From the human T2T-CHM13v2.0 reference genome, Homo sapiens: 64,000 bases of DNA. The first letter of the stretch is position 1. Every line of letters starts with the position of its first letter. Made by a program: the position numbers and the translations under genes. Positions 53,788 to 64,000 of this stretch are shown here, piece after piece. The stretch lies in the NCBI RefSeq assembly GCF_009914755.1, contig NC_060926.1. One strand, given 5' to 3'. The notes beneath the pieces are model-generated. The model saw nothing but the letters and a program-made list of their open reading frames with translations. It was not told the origin of the DNA and made no database searches.

Positions 53788-53790
<3 letters not shown>

Positions 53791-53832
<42 letters not shown>
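53791..53832 (+). repeat. (TG)21 microsatellite
   Basis: Perfect TG run. Confidence 0.95.
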
Positions 53833-53834
<2 letters not shown>

Positions 53835-53881
53835 GGGGAGGAAGGGCAAATGAACCTAAAGGTAGGAAAATTATATATGTA

Positions 53882-54225
<344 letters not shown>

Positions 54226-54784
54226 AGAAAGCTATACTAGTGGTGACTGAGGACAGAATAATGGCAAAGGAGGTGGTAAGAAGTGTCTTCACCAAAAGAT
54301 CAGTACACCAGCCTACAGAAGACCCCATAGTATCTTGGAACTAAGAGAAATTCTATTCTTACTGCCTGTGGGAGGCATACATTATCAAAGTCTCAACTTG
54401 GAATTTTGAATGCATTTTGCCATAGAATATTGTAAGTTGTTAAACTCGTCAGTGTTATTTACATAATACATCAAGTAAATGATAGATTACTAAAGCATTG
54501 ATTCTTTGGGAATATGTGTTTTAAATTCTTAGTAGGGAATAACAAATTGGCTTTTGGAACACAAGCTATTCCTAAGTAGGAGAGGGCCTTCCTTAGATTG
54601 TAGTGTCATGTCTAATTGTAGTGTGTAGACATCTTGAATCGCTATTCAATTAACACAAACACCATGGTGTAAAAGATCAGCAGGGATTTAATCATTAAGG
54701 AAAAGTTGATATTTAACATGGTACTAGACTTCGATCAAAATTGAACTTTGTTTCTTTAGTATGAAAGAGGGTAAACAGAAAGTA

Positions 54785-54935
54785 ACATTTATTAAATGCC
54801 TACCGCTTTTAGGCTTTATGCTAAATGCTTACAGCTTAATTATCTTGGCTAATTCTCATAACAGTCAAGAGAAGTGGGCATTATTTTCTCCATTTACAGG
54901 TGAGAGAACTGAGTCTCAGTAAGATTTAGAAATTT
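54785..54935 (-). mobile_element. MIR
   Basis: aacatttattaaatgcctac..attattttctccatttacaggtgagagaactgagtctcag. Confidence 0.7.
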
Positions 54936-54989
54936 ACCAGGATGGGCAACATGTCAAAACCCCATCTCTATGAAACAAACAAACAAACA

Positions 54990-55029
<40 letters not shown>

Positions 55030-55200
55030 TAGTCAGGCATAGTGCTGTGTGACTGTAGTCTCAGCTACTCGGGAGACTGAGGTGGGAGGATCGCTGGAGA
55101 CTGACAGGTCGAGGCTGCAGTGAGCCATGATTGCACCACTGCACACTAGCCAGGGAAACAAAGCAAGACCCTGGCTCAAAAAAAAAAAAAAAAATTCAAA
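54936..55200 (+). mobile_element. 5'-truncated AluJ with (AAAC)n(CA)n in the linker
   Basis: accaggatgggcaacatg..ggtcgaggctgcagtgagccatgattgcaccactgcac plus poly-A. Confidence 0.88.
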
Positions 55201-57538
55201 AAATTGCAATGATTGAAGTGAGGATTCATTCCTAAATTTTATTTGTTCGTTTACTTGTTTGAACTCCACTATATAGAGTGATTTAACAACTTGTTTATTA
55301 TTGCAGCCCCTTCCTTCCTGGGTCTTTCTCTTCACCAACTCTATCACAAAGGAATCAAATTGGCTTTTTCCAGTTTCCCAAAGTCAATGGCCAATTAGAT
55401 CATCATAAAGTGAACCTGATTTGCTCTTAAGTTTATCAGATTTAACCAAAGATTTAAAACAAAGTTATTAAGAAATGTTTAGATTAGCATAGTATGTTGC
55501 AGCCAAAATTCATAAGAAAAGTGAAAAATAAAATATCTAGGTGTTTCAAAATATCTAAATTTTTTGCATTTTGTTTTAATATTTGTTGACATTTGACATA
55601 ATCTGTACATACTACTCCACTAAGAGCAAAATAAGAAGTATCACATGGGTAAAATTAGACATTTCATTTTATGGAAGGATTTTATAGCTGTCTAATATTC
55701 CTCATTTAAATGAGAAAACTTGTCATACTATACACTTCTTGCCATTGTCAGATATCAAATAACTGCCCAAAGCCATACTAGCCACTGTAGTCTGGACTAT
55801 GATAAATCTATGCAGTTGTAATAAAGTGTAATTAATGTTAAACTTGAATTGAATTTATTTTCATATAATCTATATCAATGATCTTTGGGGGTAAGATGTA
55901 TAGTATTTGAATACTTACTTTGAGCACTGGGTACTCAATAGGGCAGAGAAAAGGTATTTATTCCACCCTTAAACAGCATTTCTATGCTTGTGCCAGTTGT
56001 CATTTTTATCGCACAAAATTTTAGTATTAGGAATGAGATGTAACTTTTGTCATTATTTTATCTGTCATATGATAAATTTCAAATGTTCTTAACTTCAAAC
56101 CCTGTTGGAAACTCTCAGTAAACTATAGCAAAAGCCATTTACCTGGGTGTTTTTTAAAGGGAAAAGAAAGAGAAGTTCAACAGCATATTCGACTAAAAAG
56201 TTTAATAACACCATGATCTAATAGGAAACCAACAGGTTACACTGGGCCAACGACATATTTGAAAGTACAAGTAAGAAAAATGAGTCAGGCCTAGATAATG
56301 TGCAGTAGCAGATCTCTTGGACAACTACACTTGGATTACCATGCTTCAGTGTTCATGACTAAAGCCTTCAGTTCCAAATTGTGTAATCCCACACCATATT
56401 TTCCTAGCCCTCTCCATTTTTCTGGACATGGAATATATCATTTCTGACCCTTCCCCAGAGCCCCCTCCAATAACTCCTCCTTTTCATCACAATTAATGTC
56501 CACAATTAATGTCCACATCAGAAGTTTTAAGATTTCAAGTTTTAGGTCAGAAAGAAGAATTATTTCAGCTAAAGAATTTTTAAAAAGTTTCTTTCTAGAG
56601 AGATGCTCCAGAGGCACCATCTAAAATCAAGCAACTGGAAATGCAATCTTAGATGCATCATTAGAACAAATATAGCTCCTATCATTTTATGGATGAATCA
56701 GACTTCCCCCTCTCACTAATCTAATCAAAAAGCATCTTTTTTTGTGTGTGTGGCCTCCCACACATTTGCCATCTAGTGTGAAAATGAGTCAACTGGAGAA
56801 TGCATTTAGTGTGCTCTTTTGAAGGAAATGTTCTTGCCTACGAGAAGAACTAAGCAACAAGAAAAATAGTCTTTATTCACTCATCATATTTAACATTTTA
56901 GGTCCAGTAGGTCCTCTGATATATGTCAATTTCTCTCTTCTTTGACAGCCTTCTTATTTGCAAAGTGTTATGTACTTTGTATTCATTCAGCAACACGTTC
57001 ATTGTTCATACCTTTCCACCAGAGAATTCTAATATTTATGCAGTGTTTTTCATCATTTCAATTTGTAAAAGTTCCTAGCTGAATTAAGAATATATCAAGT
57101 TATGAATCTTTTGAGGCCTAGAAAACAGATAGGAGATGCTGTTTCTCTTTCTGCTATTCTTTGTTTGTCAAATCACTTTAATGTTGACCATGAGGCCTCT
57201 GTGACTTTGTTTATCTTTTCCACCTGTACTATCCCCTTTTTGTAACAAAGGAGATAGGATGTGTCACCATATTGTAAGTGTCATTCCTGAAAATAATGAC
57301 TTATTGGTACATCTGACAATGATGTTACAAGGCTTCATACAGCAGCCAATTCAATTTAAACTAAACTGATTTCTCTAGATGTCACCTCTCCATGTAAGGA
57401 ACCCAGTTATTTTAGTAGAAAACTTTAATAACAAACAAACAGATACAACAGAGAAGAAAATGGAAAGATGAGGTCACAAATATGTATATATTGTTGCTCT
57501 CAAATATATTCTTTAGAGATTAATTTGCCTTTTATTTA

Positions 57539-58223
<685 letters not shown>

Positions 58224-58639
58224 TGATAATTTAAACCCTTGGATTTAATTTAGGGATTCTGGGATTGATTCTAAAATTCTTTATAAGTGCCTGAATATCC
58301 ATGTCCTCAAAAATGTAAGTAAATTTTTAAATTTTAATTTTGACAAATTCTTCATTACTTGTAGACTATCATTTATTATTTACGGTTGGGATTGTATTTA
58401 CTAAAGAATACCATTTATTTTTGTTTCTCATTCATACAACTTGGCCAGGGGCAGATGCAATCTTACCTTTTTTTTTTTTCCAGTGTACATGCTTCTTTAT
58501 TCAATGACATATCAAAATATCTGGTCTGTAGTAAGTATACATAGAAAAGACTCCCATAGCCTTGCTCTTCCAACCCTAGTCAAATATTCATGTCAAAATT
58601 TGACATCTCTGTCAAGTCTAAAGAAGGAAGAAACCAACA

Positions 58640-58800
58640 TGTATTGAGAATTTACTCCATATTGGGTCTTTCCCATTCAATGTCTTATTTAATCTTCACA
58701 TGCTAACGTGTGGATATTATTTTCTCAGTTTTGGAAATGAGACTCAGATAGGTTAAGAAACTTACTCAAGTCATCCCTCCTAACATTTTCAGAGCCAAAT
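58640..58800 (-). mobile_element. MIR
   Basis: tcttatttaatcttcaca..gagactcagataggttaagaaacttactcaagtca. Confidence 0.6.
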
Positions 58801-59199
58801 TTGCCCATCTTTCCTTTCTCCAAGTATTGGCTACCATAACACACCATATTCATTTCCAAATGATTTCTTGCGTTCTGAATCATGAAGACATATGGTGTGA
58901 ATATACAAATACTTATGCTATAATACTTAATTTTTTGTTAATTAATCTCCTCTTTCTCACTGTCAAAGTTAGGCAATCTCAGACTTTCTAATACTTAATG
59001 TTAGACTTGCCTTTTAGAATACTGTGATTTTAGCACCTCAGACTGCTGAAAATACTGTTCAACAGTCATTTCACGTTGAACTGGGTAGGTGCTTGGGATA
59101 TCACTTCAAAGTATGGAATGTGGAATCATAGCATCAAAAAGGCCCTTAGGAATCTAACGACCTTTTGGGATCTCCAACTCCCAAATCTTGGTTTATCAG

Positions 59200-59772
59200 T
59201 GGGATCAGAGTGATCTCTTTAAAACTGCTTAGGTTATGTCACTCTTACTCAAAAGCCAACCAAAGCATCCCATCTCCCTCAGAGGCGAATCCAATGTGCA
59301 TACAAGGTTCTAGAAATCCCTGCCTTACCTGCTCCCTTGCAACCATTGCCACATTGGCCTTCTTGATGTTTCTTGAACAAGGCAGACACATTCCAAGCAG
59401 TGCCCTTCGAATCGCCTATTTTCTTTGCTTAGAGCATTCTTTCCTACACTGGTAGGGCTTACTTTCTCATCTCTTTCAGGTATTTACTTAAATGTGATCA
59501 CTGATATAAGGCCTTTCCTCACTGCATTACTTAAAATTGCAAACTCTCGCCCCTCACGTGCCATGGATCTTAGTTGCTTCCTCTCCCTTCATTTGCACTC
59601 AATACACTCAGTATCCTGTATATTTATTTGCTTATTTTTCTACCTCCCCCTAGTAAAACATAAGCTCCATGAAGAGCTGAAAATTTTATCTCTTTTGTAC
59701 TAAGGTCTCCGCAGCACTTGGAACAGTGCCTGGCACATGGTTAGTAGCCAGCAGGTATTTGCTAAATGAATG
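59200..59772 (+). mobile_element. L2 3' region
   Basis: cagagtgatctctttaaaa..taagctccatgaag..aacagtgcctggcacatgg..tatttgctaaatgaatg. Confidence 0.8.
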
Positions 59773-59983
59773 TAAATTCCAAGACATCTTACTCATAAAG
59801 AATGCCACACTGAGTTTAATGAAAGGTCTTAGGAAATTTTCTTAAATGGAATATTCCAAGCTTGCTAGTGTGAAAAGGCAAAGACAAATTTAATCTGAGT
59901 CATCTCTGTATTGGCAAGTGAACTTTTTCCAAATAAGCCACTTGAGCAAAACTCAGTGTTATTCTAAAATAAAAGATGCTGGC

Positions 59984-60683
59984 AAAAAACTAAAAATAGA
60001 ACTACCATATGATCCAGCAATCCCACTTATGGGGATACATCCAAAGGAAATGAAATCAGTATGTTCATTGCAGCATTATTCACAATAGTGAAGTCAATAA
60101 ATGAAACAACTTAAGTGTTCATCAACAGATGAATGAATATAGAAATTTTGACTATATATATGCACGTGTGTGTATGTGTGTGTGTATATACATACATAAA
60201 ATGTATAAACAATGAAATATTATTAAGTCTTAGAAAAGAAGGAAATTCTCCCACTTGGGACTACATGGATGAAATTAGAAGATATTAAGCTAAGTGAAAC
60301 ATGCTAAGCACAGAAAGACAAATATCACATGATACCACTTATTGTGGAATATTAAAAAAAAAGTCAGACCTAGAAAAACAGAGAGTAAAATGGTGGTGGC
60401 CAGGGGCTGAAGGGTGGGGGAAATAGGGAGCTGTTGGTCAAAGGGTACAAACATTCAGTTATGAGATGAATAAGTTCTAGAGATCTAATGTAAAACATGG
60501 TGACTATAGTTAATAATAATATATTGTATATGTGAAATTTGCTATGAGAGGTGATGGATACGTTAATTATCTTGATGGTGGGAATCATTTCACAATGCAA
60601 ACTTGTGTCAAAACACTACATTATACCTTAATATAGATACAATATTTTTATTTATCAATCATACATCGATAAAGCTGAAAAAA
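59984..60683 (+). mobile_element. Old L1 (L1MA/L1MB-like) ORF2 end + 3'UTR
   Basis: aaaatagaactaccatatgatccagcaatcccact..tgttcattgcagcattattcacaatag..aataagttctagagatctaatgt..ataaagctgaaaaaa. Confidence 0.9.
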
Positions 60684-63600
60684 CTTTTTAAAAGATATTA
60701 GTACATAGATCTGATATATTCTGTTCCATGCATGAGGAGAGGGTGACTACTGTTGTCACATATATAAATTCCATATAATCCCTTCAAGTCTTTGCAGCTT
60801 TCTTTGGTTGATATTTCTTCTATCTAATAACACTCTGAGGGTAAAACAAAATTTAAAAGCGTCTATGAAGTAAACTTGGACCAATCGTCTTTTACTTCTT
60901 CTTAGTATGGCTGACAAGTTCTGCATAATGAACCTCTTTCATTCAACCTTCTCCTGATTTCATCACCGTATACTGGAAAGGGTGGTTTTGGCACTATGGA
61001 TTGGATTTGGAGTGAGGTGGGAAGAAATGAGATAGTTTTGATTAAAAGTGAAATAATACGACTTATTCTTTGTCCTCATGTGAGATATGTGACTCCACAA
61101 CTACTAGACTTTCTTTTGTGAAGAAATGCACAGAAATAAATTCTGTCTATGTGTCTCTTGAAAAGTAAGGTCTATATATATGTTTCTTACAGTTTTTGCT
61201 GCAGAGTAACCACTAATTTCTATTATATTACTGAGGAATAGGATTGTGGCAAAGGGATGGGAGTAGCTGTTGAAAGGTTTTTACTTTTTACTTCGAACTG
61301 TGCAATAAAAAATGTTAAAGTAACATAAGCTCAATTTTTAGTTCATAAAAAGCTAATTTGGAAAAAATCCATATGTTCCGTTAAAGCATATTCTGTACAT
61401 GTGAGTAACAGTGCTGCGGCCTTGACTTCGCTCAATAAATATTTGCTTGATTGAGTAAACAAATGCATGAATGACTTTTTAATTCCTACAAATTATAAAG
61501 GAAAGGAACAAAAATGAAACTGTTTCATGGAATTCTGAAAAAGATTACAGTAGCTGAAAACAAAGAACGTGGCCTAGGTAAAGTGTCCCAGAGATCAGAG
61601 AAAGCCTGGACTCCTTCCAAAGTCAGACCAGGAATGCCAAAACACCTGCAGGGCAAGAACAGGTCAGAGTTTAGGCTTGAAGCCAAGAGGCTCTAGGCAG
61701 GAGCAGAGCCTCAGTTGGGCAGTGGCCACAGGCAAGACCCTGGGGCTTACAGGTAAAGTTGGAAGACCTAAGCCGGGTAGGGGCCAACAATCAAGCCTCA
61801 CATGTAAAAACTGGTGGCAGAATAAAGGAAAAGTGTGAAATTCCTGGATTCAAGATCTGATTATATTTAATCACTTTGGTAATTTTGAGATGAGGTATAC
61901 CAAAGAATCCCTTTGTGATATTTTGGGGAATGTGTAAACTTTTAGGAAAATGTACTTTGTTGTTACTTCCAGTGTAGACTTTCTCTGCCTCAGTTAAAAT
62001 CAACAAATATTTAGCCATCTGCCATATAAACATCTTTGTATTCACTGTCTTCCATTGATATAATATTACTTTTCTAGGCAACATTTCCTCATCAAAATCA
62101 GGGTGTAGACGATGTGAGACAGCAGAGAGTCCCTTTACCTCCTGACAGTAACACACAGTAAGCTGTGCTCACAGCTTTTCATGAGGTTGTGGAAGTTCCA
62201 AAATGCCACTGAGAGCATTGCTCTTCTCTCTCATAGGATTGACTATGAACTTCACCTTTGATTGGACGTGTAAATACCTGGGCAATCCATAAGATAATGC
62301 TAGAGATTTTTGCTGCATAGTAGCATGAAGCTCTAGCTGCTGATGCCCTGTTAGTGTTGGTGTGTATTAGTGTGCATATGAGCGTGTATTTGTGGTAGGA
62401 ATGTGGTAAGACTAATCAAGAAAACTTTCAGTTCAAACATTTGTCTTGTGGCCAATTATAGTGCAAGAAAAGGCAAAGGAATGGAATTGTTCAAACGTGT
62501 AGAATTCTAGAATGATAAGAGAAATCTACCAATTAAACTAGTATTATCTCTAGAAGGTTACCTTAGCAGGTAGAGTTTCTTGGTCAGGCAGGAAGATACG
62601 GGGATGTTTCTTTAGTTTCTCCATGCCTGTAATGCTCTGTAGATCCTGTGTCATTTATGCTGTGTCTTAGGAAAGATGTTTCAGATAGTTATATAAATGG
62701 GTTTACTTGTTTGTGTGATATATGAAGAAGCCTTTTGGGAATCCGAGCAGGATTTGTTCCTAAAGCAAGACTCCTATATCCTAGAATCTCCATTTTCAAC
62801 TTTGCAACTGTTTTCTACAAACTAGTTCATTCCTTGTATGTTCTAACTTCCTCACATAGACAGAACTAAGGGTCTCGCAAATGCTCAGAATCCAATGGCA
62901 TCATATATAACTTGGACTAGATGATGGTACATTTAGGTGGATTTGTACAAATGGAATGCTTAGACTTAAAGGATGAGAATTAATGGATTGATAACACTTA
63001 CTGAGAAGATCTTATGGTACACCATGATGGCTTTTGGCAGATTTTCAGATACCATAAAGCAGAGTGAGAGCAAATATATTTCACATCAAATCAGAAACGT
63101 CTCAAATCAGAGAGTCTAATATAATATATTTGAATTTATAAGGTTACATAATACCATACATAGAAAATACAGGGACATTAAAACACCTCACAAATACAAC
63201 TGTATGTATTTATCGAAGATATATACCTATCCAAGAATTTATATCAAATAAATTTGAGTGGGTGCCTGTAGGAAAGAGTGTGAATGGGAATCCCTAGATA
63301 AATGAACATTAATACAATAAACTAAACCAAAAGAATGGCATTGTAGGGTTTAATGAAGAATATAAACATCAAAACTTTTGCACATGTGTTCCCAAGGGAA
63401 AAGAGATAGAAAAAGAAAAATAAATGAATTTACTAGTACTTAATATTAACCCCAAAAAGATGTCCCCTCTCATCATTCATTTTCTACATCATACTGGGAA
63501 TTATAACTAATATAAGACAAAAATGTAGTATAAAAATAAATTGATTGGGAAGGAAGATTTAAAACTGTGTTTGTTCACAGACGACATGATTTCTATGTAG

Positions 63601-64000
63601 AAACTGAATATTCCTTCTTATTTCTTTTATCATTGTTGTCATTCATTTCACGTACATATAAGCATACATAAGTATGTGTATATATATGCGTAATTTAATA
63701 TATATTTTCTATTATTATTTATCTTGGATCAATAATGGGAAAAGTAAAATTCTAATTTTATATTTAAAAAATCTAGCTAGTAAGTCATTCTTTTTTGGTT
63801 ATGTGAATGAAAATCACTTTGGGGTTTTAGTTGTTTGTAGCTTGGGCTATCAGTGTGTGTGGCTGCCAAAAAATGCTATCTCTTGCTACATGAAAGGAAG
63901 CATAATGACCAGAAGAGGAGAGATGGTAGGATACTCTACTCATAAATCACACCCTGGTAATAATCATCAGTCTGGTTGCCAAAGTTTAAGGATGTTGACG

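Noticed and set aside
59984-60130. Possible coding L1 ORF2 remnant
   Set aside because: Only the decayed C-terminal end with deletions remains; no intact frame.

Overview
Primate (almost certainly human) genomic DNA: AT-rich, CpG-depleted, with Alu, L1, L2, MIR, MaLR and hAT/mariner repeats. It covers the 5' end of FIGN (fidgetin, an AAA-ATPase) on the minus strand. A CpG-island promoter lies at ~17.3-18.3 kb and non-coding exon 1 ends at a donor at 17123. Exon 2 (16357-16188) carries the first 25 coding nt (MISSTSVY+G). The large intron 2 runs off the left edge, and ~46 kb of gene-poor upstream DNA lies to the right. None of the long ORFs in the supplied track looks like a real gene. I found no CRISPR array, RNA gene or evidence of a new multi-gene system. 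The most interesting signals are four. (1) A five-uORF leader: three uORFs chained by AUGA stop/start overlaps across the exon 1/2 junction, and one uORF in frame with the FIGN start behind a single UGA. (2) A gap-free 154-bp, ~93% identical inverted duplication of apparently non-TE sequence bracketing a 6.3-kb segment (45027-51620). (3) A candidate intronic promoter with divergent ACTACA-N3-CCC motifs. (4) Several candidate conserved enhancers. Repeat subfamily names are from remembered consensus features and need RepeatMasker/Dfam confirmation.
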